Virus record (IMG/VR): IMGVR_UViG_3300049486_000058
Location: 1 to 32,564 of that record
Length of the DNA stretch: 32,564 nt
Reading direction: 5' to 3' (one strand)
DNA from: a virus
Lineage: Duplodnaviria; Caudoviricetes
Positions 25,536 to 32,564 of the stretch are shown in pieces (the stretch's first letter is position 1; each line of letters starts with the position of its first letter). The notes under the pieces are model-generated. The model did no database searches. It was given only the letters and a program-made list of their open reading frames with translations, and was not told where the DNA came from. A program made the position numbers and the translations under genes.

Positions 25536-25922
25536 CTAATCTCCTTGAATTTCAGCGTACCAAGGTAATTCAAAACCATATTTGATTTTGAATCCTAAAA
25601 ATTGAAAGAATCGGATAGAGAACTTTTCCAGATAGAGTTGTAATTCGTAGCCAATGTAAAGATATCTGGTTGACCACTTTAATAACTGACACCACCAAGG
25701 AATGTTTTTTACAATTGCTATTGAATCAGCGTAAATTTTAACAAGCTCGATGGTTTCGGGTTCGTGTTCTAAGCTTTCTACTAAATCCCAATATTCGGGA
25801 TGATTCTTGAAAGCCTTTTCCCAAACATCGTAAGAGTTCAATTCATCGGCATTTAGCCAGTCTAAATACCAGAAGCCGAACTCTAAAGGTAAGTTTTTGA
25901 TTTTTGGTGTTTCTTCTAACAT
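25536..25922 (-). CDS. Hypothetical aromatic-rich protein
   Basis: 128-aa ORF in operon orientation. Confidence 0.6.
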   Translation of the reverse strand: MLEETPKIKNLPLEFGFWYLDWLNADELNSYDVWEKAFKNHPEYWDLVESLEHEPETIELVKIYADSIAIVKNIPWWCQLLKWSTRYLYIGYELQLYLEKFSIRFFQFLGFKIKYGFELPWYAEIQGD

Positions 25923-25937
25923 AATTACAGCTATTTT

Positions 25938-26171
25938 TTAAGGGCAAATAGTTTCAGCAATTAATGGTTTTGGTAAACCTAAAGTAGAGGCTTTGGACAT
26001 TAAATTATCTAGTATTTCTTGCAGTGAATTACCTTCTAAAAAGCCTTCTAATTTTCCTGAATGGTATAGATAGGCTTTATATTTTGGGCAATCTTTGAAA
26101 GCACCATGAAAATACAAGTAATACCAAATAATCTCTGTTCCGGTTGAATCAACATATTTCCTTTTGGTCAT
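25938..26171 (-). CDS. Hypothetical protein
   Basis: 77 aa; AAGGAG upstream; first gene after the transposase. Confidence 0.55.
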   Translation of the reverse strand: MTKRKYVDSTGTEIIWYYLYFHGAFKDCPKYKAYLYHSGKLEGFLEGNSLQEILDNLMSKASTLGLPKPLIAETICP

Positions 26172-26231
26172 TTTTCTGTCTTAATTAACTCCTTTAGCTA
26201 GGTTGAATTAGCCCCAACAAGACTTAAACTT

Positions 26232-28382
26232 CTATGCTAGGGCTGAGGAAATTTGTTCCTCTGAAATATCCAAGAAAAACAGCGTTCCCCGTCCTTCTGG
26301 AGTGGTCATAAAGTGCAGCATCCACTTAGCGTCATCAGCTGCAACTGATTTACCCTGTTGGATTTCTTTCCACAATTTGCAGAAATACTCACCGTCCCGA
26401 ATAATCACGGGTTGCTGCTCAATCCGGCTGAATGCGGCGTTAGCTGCTGCCAGTTCATCGGCGGTCATGGGTTTAGGCTGTTTGGGTTGCAGCATCTCCA
26501 CTACTTCCGCCGCAGTCTGTAGACCTTTGGTGTCGTGAATCTCACCCCGTTGGGGGAAGGGTACGACATTGGTCTTTTCTTCTTGGGCATCTAGGATGGC
26601 TTCGACAACATCCTCAACCTGGACTTTTTTAGCCAGTTTCTTGAGTGCCTGCCGTCCTTCCTGTACCCGTTCCTTCTGCATTGCTCGTGCTTTGACTGCG
26701 ACTTCTTGGCGGTTTATACCAGTCCGGGCAGGGTCTTGGGCTATGCAAATTAGGTTGAAGTCTCCATCGAAAACGTAGATTTTCCCCAAGTCCATCGGGT
26801 CTAGTCGGACTTGTACCGTCTTACCAATCCACGCTTCTAAATCTGGGGCTATGAAGTATGTCCCCTCCAGTTGGATGCCACGCTTTTGCACTACGCGGAG
26901 TCCATCGCTACCAGGGGCTTCTGCCAGCAAGATATCTAAAGCTCGTTCATTGGCGATTCGCTTGATGTTGCCACGCCAGTTAGTGAAGATTTCAAATGGC
27001 GTTGATCCTTCCAAACCCTCATGTATTTGATGGGCATAAACGGTGTCACACCATCGGTTAGCAAAGTTTTGGAAGTCGGCCGCGCTCATGTTTAGGGCTA
27101 TTGGCTCGTTTTTGGTCATCAGCCGTTCAGCGAAGCTTTCTCTAGCCCTTAGTTCCTGGCGTTCTGCTACGTTGTGACCGATGAATCCGGGTAGCAGTTC
27201 TACTAGATCATGAGCAAATGTCCTGAAGAATCGCTCAATGTGTGGTTTTTGCCAGGGCTGGAAGGGTTCACAGAATTTTTGCTTGATTTCCAGGGCTGCA
27301 AATAGGCGCTGGAGGTGGTTGGCTGTGTAGTCTTTGCCGTTGTCGGTTTTCACCTGTTCCGGTACGCCCCAATCTAGGAGGCATTGCCGGAGTAGGGTGG
27401 CTATGGCTACGGCTTTGGATCGGGGGACTAGCAGCAGTTTGGTTCTGCGGCTGTAAACGTCTATGCAGCCTATGAGGTGATAGCGTCCATCTGACAGCAT
27501 TATGTCGGCTGGGGTCGAGTCCATCTCCCAGAGTTGGTTAAGCCTGTCTATGCCATCGGAGTAGCTGCCGAAGGCGCTCATGTATTTGGATTTCCAAGCG
27601 TCTGGGTTAGAGACGGCGGTGAAAATCTCTTTATTTTCTTCCCGCCAACTGGCGATCCACCGTTCTAGGGTGCGTTGGCTGGGTAGGATTTCTGGCTCAA
27701 ATTTACTCTGGAGGATGGTTAGTAGGTGCTTTCCTGTACAGTGGGGGTACTGGGTGAGCATTCCTAGTACAAATTCCCGCACTTTGGGGCAAACATCTAT
27801 TTTTGTTTGGCCTTTCCGGTTGCCGTAGTTACCGCAAAGGGCTTGAACGCTGCCTGTTTCCAGGGTTTTTACCCATCTCTGTAGGCTGGATGGGGAAAGG
27901 TTGGGAATGGCTTGTTTTGTGGTCGTTGAGACTTGAATTTCACCTTTGTTGTAAGCGTTTGCAAATATGTGATGGCAGTTAACTTTTTTTAATTGGTGTT
28001 GTTGGCAAAAGTTTTCTAAAATTCTTAATATGTCTAAGCGTGCATCTATTCTTATGTCGTTATTCCCAGTTGCCTTTGGGTTTCTGGGTCTAACTGACGT
28101 TTGTACCAGTGTTTCTGTCACTGGCTGGGTGGTCAGTTCTATTACCTTTGGCTGAATCGCTTCTGTTTCTTCTACAGGCTTGGTTGCTTGTGTTTCAGCA
28201 GTTCTGTTTAATAAATACTGCTGTGTTTCAGGTGGCAAGCTGGAGATGTGATACTCCTTACCCCCTCCTATGGCGCGTCGATCGCGTGTCTCCCAGTTTT
28301 CTCGCTGTGCCTTCTTGATCAATCCTTTGATTGATCCAGGTAGTCCAGGTAGGCCGGCTAATTCTGAAGTTCTGAACCACAT
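26232..28382 (-). CDS. Mu-like DDE transposase (MuA/gpA)
   Basis: N-terminal Mu-type HTH (WFRTSELAGLPGLP...GGGKEYHISSLP); catalytic WEMDSTPAD, VKTDNGKDY, KPHIERFFRT; C-terminal VQVRLDPMDLGKIYVF. Confidence 0.95.
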   Translation of the reverse strand: MWFRTSELAGLPGLPGSIKGLIKKAQRENWETRDRRAIGGGKEYHISSLPPETQQYLLNRTAETQATKPVEETEAIQPKVIELTTQPVTETLVQTSVRPRNPKATGNNDIRIDARLDILRILENFCQQHQLKKVNCHHIFANAYNKGEIQVSTTTKQAIPNLSPSSLQRWVKTLETGSVQALCGNYGNRKGQTKIDVCPKVREFVLGMLTQYPHCTGKHLLTILQSKFEPEILPSQRTLERWIASWREENKEIFTAVSNPDAWKSKYMSAFGSYSDGIDRLNQLWEMDSTPADIMLSDGRYHLIGCIDVYSRRTKLLLVPRSKAVAIATLLRQCLLDWGVPEQVKTDNGKDYTANHLQRLFAALEIKQKFCEPFQPWQKPHIERFFRTFAHDLVELLPGFIGHNVAERQELRARESFAERLMTKNEPIALNMSAADFQNFANRWCDTVYAHQIHEGLEGSTPFEIFTNWRGNIKRIANERALDILLAEAPGSDGLRVVQKRGIQLEGTYFIAPDLEAWIGKTVQVRLDPMDLGKIYVFDGDFNLICIAQDPARTGINRQEVAVKARAMQKERVQEGRQALKKLAKKVQVEDVVEAILDAQEEKTNVVPFPQRGEIHDTKGLQTAAEVVEMLQPKQPKPMTADELAAANAAFSRIEQQPVIIRDGEYFCKLWKEIQQGKSVAADDAKWMLHFMTTPEGRGTLFFLDISEEQISSALA

Positions 28383-28546
28383 AAGACAGAACCACTGTTT
28401 GTTAAAGTTTGTTTATCAATTGCTAATTGGGAAATGATTGCGTGTGCAATATATTCATGAGGAGCTATCCCGCGTATAGCAGCCCCTAAACAAGCATTTT
28501 GATAAACAGCTAGGCTTAATACAGGTCTGACGACTTTTCGACTCAT
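28358..28546 (-). CDS. Small first gene of the early operon (Ner/Cro position; RHH-like)
   Basis: 62 aa, divergent from the repressor, overlaps the transposase start. Confidence 0.55.
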   Translation of the reverse strand: MSRKVVRPVLSLAVYQNACLGAAIRGIAPHEYIAHAIISQLAIDKQTLTNSGSVLCGSELQN

Positions 28547-28549
28547 TTG

Positions 28550-28611
28550 TTGTCTACGCTTGTCTTAGGTTGTCTAAGACAGTATAGTACATAAAGAACT
28601 TAAAGTACAAT
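28550..28611. promoter_or_regulatory. Lysis-lysogeny control region: operator-like repeats and candidate leftward promoter
   Basis: TTGTCT at 28550, 28560 and 28570; inverted repeat TGTCTTAG-N5-CTAAGACA at 28561-28581; minus-strand TTGTAC-N18-TATACT. Confidence 0.55.
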
Positions 28612-28641
28612 AGGTACGTTAGGAAAATTAAGCTAACAAAA

Positions 28642-29280
28642 ATGCTGATTCAAACTCGTAGAACACCTACACCCGAAGGAATAAGCCTTTTGAGCAAGGT
28701 TTTGCAAGCCACGCTCACATACAATCGTTGGACAGAAAGAGAGTTGGCACGAAAAGCTGATATCTCTCCTGGTTCAGCCAATAGATATGTTAATGGTAGG
28801 GTAATTAAACCTCAAGACGAAATTCTGAAAAAATTAGCACCATATATCTACGTGGTGACAGCCGTTACCGATAGTGGAGTAGAAATAAATCCAACCTTAA
28901 CGTATGGTAATAACTGGACTGAGTTGGAACGTATTGTTTTAGACGGAAAACTTATAAAATCTTACAGTCTATCTAAACACATGGAGATACTTCAAAATCT
29001 TATTATTCAGTATATTGAACGTGAAAATATAAATGAAGAAGAATTTGCACGTAGAGCTTTATTACACCCCACTGTTATACGAGCAATATTATACGAAGGA
29101 AATATGCTTGGAGATGACCCAGTAGTAATATTAAGCCTGATATCAAGTGTATTACAGAATCCACAGACAGGCCAAACTTTTACTGGCTGGGTAGAATTAG
29201 CAGAATACTGCAAATTCCCCATAGAAAAAGAACATGATTCTGCCTGCGATAATTCAGGACAGAACCATGTGTCACTGTAA
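28642..29280 (+). CDS. Putative prophage repressor, XRE-type HTH with a second HTH-like segment
   Basis: WTERELARKADISPGSANRYVNG; INEEEFARRALLHPTVIRAIL; divergent from the early operon. Confidence 0.8.
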   Translation: MLIQTRRTPTPEGISLLSKVLQATLTYNRWTERELARKADISPGSANRYVNGRVIKPQDEILKKLAPYIYVVTAVTDSGVEINPTLTYGNNWTELERIVLDGKLIKSYSLSKHMEILQNLIIQYIERENINEEEFARRALLHPTVIRAILYEGNMLGDDPVVILSLISSVLQNPQTGQTFTGWVELAEYCKFPIEKEHDSACDNSGQNHVSL

Positions 29281-29295
29281 AATTAGATTTAAAGC

Positions 29296-29994
29296 TTAAA
29301 TCATAGGCTCACAGGCAAGGGTCTTTACAATTCTCACCGGATCACCACGAAAATAGGTTAGTCTTGCATCAACCGTAAACCTTGCCTTTTGACCTGTGAA
29401 TAGATGAGCGTAATAAGAATAGTTAGAAACATTAATGTCTTTCAGCAATGTTTCTTTAAATTTCGGTAGCTCATTATCTATCCAAAGTTTGGTTAAACGG
29501 TTGCCAACCCATTTATTGGGGTCAATGCCACTAGAAGCATGTATGCGAGAGTTACTGAAAATTCCTTTATCATCTAAAAGACCAATAATATAAGCCGCAT
29601 TACCATAACCCATTACTTCCGCAATAATTTCGTCCTCTCGTTCAGCAAGAATTCTACTGCGTAAGTCTCGATCATCAAAAATTATACTGGGTGAGTCTGA
29701 CTCAGGCTGATCTGGATGGATAATCTTTTGATCTTGTTTGTTACTCATAGGTAGATGTAACCTGTAGCTTGGATTAAGCGGAAAAGATACTCTCCTTTCC
29801 CCTGTGGCTATTGTCATACAAGTAACACTACTTTCACAAGACATCAATGCCAGAATATGTTTGTAATTTTTAACAAGCGCTCGCCATACTGCATCATTAG
29901 GACAAATAATTAACAAATTTTTATCAGCCGCAGTTACAAAACAGCAACTAATCAAACTTTGAATATTATCCTTATCACTTTCATTACTGATCAT
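29296..29994 (-). CDS. Hypothetical protein with C-terminal PAS-like domain
   Basis: AAYIIGLLDDKGIFSNSRIHASSGIDPNKWVGNRLTKLW...FTGQKARFTVDARL fits a PAS-fold pattern. Confidence 0.65.
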   Translation of the reverse strand: MISNESDKDNIQSLISCCFVTAADKNLLIICPNDAVWRALVKNYKHILALMSCESSVTCMTIATGERRVSFPLNPSYRLHLPMSNKQDQKIIHPDQPESDSPSIIFDDRDLRSRILAEREDEIIAEVMGYGNAAYIIGLLDDKGIFSNSRIHASSGIDPNKWVGNRLTKLWIDNELPKFKETLLKDINVSNYSYYAHLFTGQKARFTVDARLTYFRGDPVRIVKTLACEPMI

Positions 29995-30069
29995 AGAAAT
30001 TAGATTGTGCTTCTGTCCTTAGATATATATTTTACAGAATTTTACAGGCTTCTTGGACAAGAATGAGTC

Positions 30070-30179
30070 AGTTCAAACTTAGTTCAAGCTTAGTTCAAAC
30101 TTAGTTCAAGCTTAGTTCAAACTTAGTTCAAGCTTAGTTCAAACTTAGTTCAAACTTAGTTCAAACTTGGTTCAAACTT
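30070..30179. repeat. Intergenic tandem array, 10 x 11 bp (AGTTCAARCTT)
   Basis: Units at 30070, 30081 and so on to 30169; A/G variants alternate in the first six units; the last unit starts with G. Confidence 0.95.
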
Positions 30180-30484
30180 AATTGAGAATAAATCTCATTT
30201 AGTAATTGCACACAACCCTAATAACTCTAAAGTCCCCCCTTTTATCCTGAATAACTCTCTATATCTTCAGGATTTAACAGGTAGTATTCAATACCTGTTA
30301 GCTCAGATAATTTAAACTTTATTCGCTTAGTCAAGGTTTCGTCAACCTTATCTTCAAAAATTACCATCATCATCTACATAAGCCTCAATAATAACCGTAG
30401 TGCCATCACGGTAAACAGTCTCTCATGGCTAACCGGCAGATAACAACATAAAGACTCTAGCATCATTAAGTGACATAATTAATT

Positions 30485-30514
30485 AAACCCCCCTAACCTG
30501 AATTAGAGGGGTTT
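30485..30514. terminator. Hairpin, possible bidirectional terminator
   Basis: AAACCCCCCTAA-cctgaa-TTAGAGGGGTTT. Confidence 0.45.
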
Positions 30515-30567
30515 ATTACAAATTTTGAATGGTCTTACCATTGTAACCACAAATAGAGACAAAAACA

Positions 30568-30804
30568 ATGACAGACCTACTCACACCTGCACCACAAGCA
30601 CCAGTAGAAGAGTTAGACTACTACGATATGGCACGTAAACGTATTGATAAAATTTCTAAAAGCCTAGACAACATTCAAGGAAAAATTGATGCCCTACTTG
30701 AAAAATCAGACTTAAATGAAGCCGAAGCCAGAATCCTGCTCATATACTGTCAGTCTATTCAAGCCCTAGCAACTGCCAGAGACGACATCAATAATCTTCC
30801 CTGA
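30568..30804 (+). CDS. Hypothetical coiled-coil protein
   Basis: 78-aa helical ORF. Confidence 0.65.
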   Translation: MTDLLTPAPQAPVEELDYYDMARKRIDKISKSLDNIQGKIDALLEKSDLNEAEARILLIYCQSIQALATARDDINNLP

Positions 30805-30899
30805 TAGCATCATGTGAATTAGAGGGGGTTAAAAAAATCAACATTTTGAAAAGCAGGTGGTAAAGTCCTAACGTCCAAGACAAGACAACAAAAATCACC

Positions 30900-31241
30900 A
30901 TGCAAACAAAAACACAAGCCGCCTTAACTGCCCTAGTTCTAGCATTTAAGGAAATGTTTAACATAACCAGAAACACCCTACAAACCCCACCTTACATCGC
31001 CGAACAAGAACTCGCAGACAAACAAAAACAAATTGATGATTTAAACCTCCAACTTCAACAACAAGACGAATTAGACCAACAAACCGCCGATGAAATAACC
31101 GCATTTACGGCTGAAATTAAAGCGTTCCTGGCAGAACTAGCACCCGTCAACCCCGAAACACCAGCCATCACAGAAGAACCTTCCACCGTTCCCGACACCG
31201 ACATCACCGACATTCCTGAAGAAGAGGAAGAACAAGCTTAG
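30900..31241 (+). CDS. Hypothetical acidic coiled-coil protein
   Basis: 113 aa; Q-rich heptads; acidic Pro/Thr tail; followed by a terminator. Confidence 0.7.
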   Translation: MQTKTQAALTALVLAFKEMFNITRNTLQTPPYIAEQELADKQKQIDDLNLQLQQQDELDQQTADEITAFTAEIKAFLAELAPVNPETPAITEEPSTVPDTDITDIPEEEEEQA

Positions 31242-31266
31242 TTCATTCCCACTATTTGGGCATAAG

Positions 31267-31298
31267 TAAACCCCTCCTGCTGGTCAAGAGGGGTTTTA
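31267..31298. terminator. Bidirectional terminator between convergent genes
   Basis: TAAACCCCTC-ctgctggtcaa-GAGGGGTTTTA. Confidence 0.7.
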
Positions 31299-31301
31299 TG
31301 A

Positions 31302-31517
31302 TTAATTAGATGTAGTTTGCTTTTTCTGAGTCTTGCGTTTTTTCTGAGCCGCTTGCCGTTGCCGGATATCTGCTATTATTTCTTTGTTCATTTCTGCAAC
31401 TTTCGGATTAATTCGTGCTGTTGGATCTGGAACATCAAAAACTGCAAAAAGCTCATTAAATTCATCTAAATATTTCTCCATTTCTTCTTCAGTCAGAATA
31501 TTTAGTTCTTCACTCAT
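31302..31517 (-). CDS. Small protein with acidic N-terminus and basic C-terminus; candidate immunity or partner protein
   Basis: 71 aa; AGGAG ribosome-binding site; begins a few bases after the stop of the upstream ORF. Confidence 0.65.
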   Translation of the reverse strand: MSEELNILTEEEMEKYLDEFNELFAVFDVPDPTARINPKVAEMNKEIIADIRQRQAAQKKRKTQKKQTTSN

Positions 31518-31522
31518 AATAT

Positions 31523-32563
31523 TTATTTGCTCCTAGTTTTTTTAGCGTTTTTTCTGTTATCGAATTCCATTTGTACAGAATCTGGCAATTGTTTAAAACC
31601 AAATTTCTCATAGGAAGCTTTTCGACTTTCATATCTGCTATTTTCCTCCTTTTCATCATAAGGAGTGCAGGTAAAAAGTCTGTTAGATACGGGGGAATTG
31701 GCATAACGCAGCCAAGCCCTTGTCATATCTCTCAGCTCTTTTGATGGTACACCTTCTCCAGCAGAGGTTTTATTAACATTATATTCACCATCGACCGTAA
31801 AATATACTTCTCCTTTCGATGAAACAAACATCTCAACCCTATCACCAGAATACAGTACGGCCGGTTTGTTTTTAAGTTTACGCAAATTAGGTTGATATTT
31901 AGTATCTAGGAACTCCTCCAAACTTGAAAATCCGTTTCTAATTTTGAGCAGCCTATCTAGTTGCTCATCAGTTAATTCTATCTGATCATTCTCAGCTTTT
32001 ATACCTATGGCCTTTAATTCATCCTTAGAAGCATCTTGATTACCTAATATTTCCGAGCCTTCAGGAGCTATTATCTTCACTTTCTGCTGTTCAACCGGCT
32101 TAGGCTGTTCAACTGGTTTGGGCTGTTCAACTGGCTTGGGCTGCTCAACTGGCTTGGGCTGCTCAACTGGCTTGGGCTGCTCAACTGGCTTGGGCTGTTC
32201 AACCGGCTTGGGCTGTTCAACTGGTTTGGGCTGTTCAACTGGCTTGGGCTGCTCAACTGGCTTGGGCTGCTCAACTGGCTTGGGCTGTTCAACCGGCTTG
32301 GGCTGTTCAACCGGTTTATTATCTAACTTTGCTGCCAAAGTTGCAGTAGCCTGACTAGCTACTGGTGGCTGCTCCTTCCTACATTTCTTATTAGGAGAAA
32401 TACAGCTACCACCGCAAGGAGTCCCTTTTGAGCAATTTTTCCCCGTTGAATAACTTAATTCCTCACTAAAATTAGCGACATCATTAGGATTTAATAACTT
32501 ATATCCAATCTCTTGAGTATCAAAATCAAAATTATATCTTTTAATTAAATTACCATTAACTCT
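31523..32563 (-). CDS. Modular protein, 5'-truncated by the window: Cys4 motif, PVEQPK repeat linker, GNAT-like C-terminal domain
   Basis: The frame stays open from 32338 to the window edge (RVNGNLIKRYNFDFDTQEIGYKLLNPNDVANFSEELSYSTGKNCSKGTPCGGSCISPNKKCRKEQPP), so the ORF-track start is an artefact; C-terminal RKASYEKFGFKQ. Confidence 0.8.
   Translation of the reverse strand, partial: RVNGNLIKRYNFDFDTQEIGYKLLNPNDVANFSEELSYSTGKNCSKGTPCGGSCISPNKKCRKEQPPVASQATATLAAKLDNKPVEQPKPVEQPKPVEQPKPVEQPKPVEQPKPVEQPKPVEQPKPVEQPKPVEQPKPVEQPKPVEQPKPVEQPKPVEQQKVKIIAPEGSEILGNQDASKDELKAIGIKAENDQIELTDEQLDRLLKIRNGFSSLEEFLDTKYQPNLRKLKNKPAVLYSGDRVEMFVSSKGEVYFTVDGEYNVNKTSAGEGVPSKELRDMTRAWLRYANSPVSNRLFTCTPYDEKEENSRYESRKASYEKFGFKQLPDSVQMEFDNRKNAKKTRSK
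32081..32314 (-). repeat. Coding tandem repeat, 13 x 18 bp (12 PVEQPK plus one PVEQQK)
   Basis: GGCTTGGGCTGYTCAACY-type units with mostly synonymous variation. Confidence 0.95.
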
Positions 32564-32564
32564 A

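Larger units (their letters stand above)
1..32564. mobile_element. Mu-like transposable prophage/phage (internal part, probably with a non-contractile tail; ends not identified)
   Basis: MuA-type DDE transposase, MuB-type ATPase, GemA, Mor, DUF3486 small terminase, gp28-type terminase, MuF, gpG, gpI, gp36 and gp37 occur together. No tail sheath gene was recognised and no host housekeeping genes were seen. Confidence 0.93.

Noticed and set aside
24272-28382. DDE transposase plus AAA ATPase plus CRISPR array as a CRISPR-associated transposon
   Set aside because: No TniQ/TnsD, Cas12k or Cascade genes; the transposase has a Mu-type N-terminal domain and sits with a full virion gene set. RNA-guided integration is unsupported.
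30070-30179. 11-bp array, and likewise the 18-bp tract at 32081-32314, as a CRISPR array
   Set aside because: Head-to-tail repeats with no unique spacers; the second tract is protein coding.
30329-30340. 12-nt match AGTCAAGGTTTC to spacer 2
   Set aside because: Too short and the flanks diverge; expected by chance. No full-length self-target for any spacer was seen by eye.
30200-30560. Possible Mu-type genome end near the repressor
   Set aside because: No recognisable TG/CA terminus with repeated transposase-binding sites, and phage-like genes continue to the right.
30568-31241. Two small plus-strand genes as a holin or spanin lysis cassette
   Set aside because: No clear transmembrane helices or lipobox and no endolysin nearby; lysis genes were not identified in the window.
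408-32354. Short overlapping ORFs in the track (for example 439..639, 2364..2603, 4445..4774, 15785..16030, 26302..26538, 30788..30976, 32077..32310, 32118..32354)
   Set aside because: They are antisense or alternate-frame shadows of well-supported genes or of the PVEQPK repeat.

Overview
The whole window is an internal part of a Mu-like transposable prophage or phage, most likely from a filamentous cyanobacterium (inferred from the CRISPR repeat family and an MGEAKRRK-type protein). Neither genome end was recognised. The plus-strand late block (1.7-8.8 kb) encodes MuF, virion morphogenesis protein G, protease/scaffold, cement, major capsid, gp36, gp37, tail tube and one more tail gene. A long minus-strand block (28.5 kb down to 9.05 kb) encodes a small regulator, MuA-type DDE transposase, four inserted ORFs, MuB-type AAA ATPase, HTH proteins, GemA/gp16, Mor/C activator, small and large terminase, tail chaperone, a 1369-aa tape measure and tail-tip genes, with a ferritin-like di-iron protein among them. 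A divergent XRE repressor and a PAS-like protein preceded by a 10 x 11-bp array follow. Main points of interest: (1) a cas-less CRISPR mini-array with no intergenic room for a leader (4 identical 37-bp type I-D-like repeats, 3 spacers) fills the gap where the two late operons converge; (2) an unnamed ~57-aa domain is shared between the MuF C-terminus and the N-terminus of the gene upstream, alongside recurring F-[AS]-E motifs in head proteins; (3) a modular ORF at the right edge (Cys4 motif, 13 PVEQPK-type repeats, GNAT-like tip) is followed by a small acidic partner, resembling a virion cargo or toxin-immunity pair; (4) gene order is rearranged, with no full portal gene next to the terminase. 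All family calls come from motif recognition by eye, not database searches.
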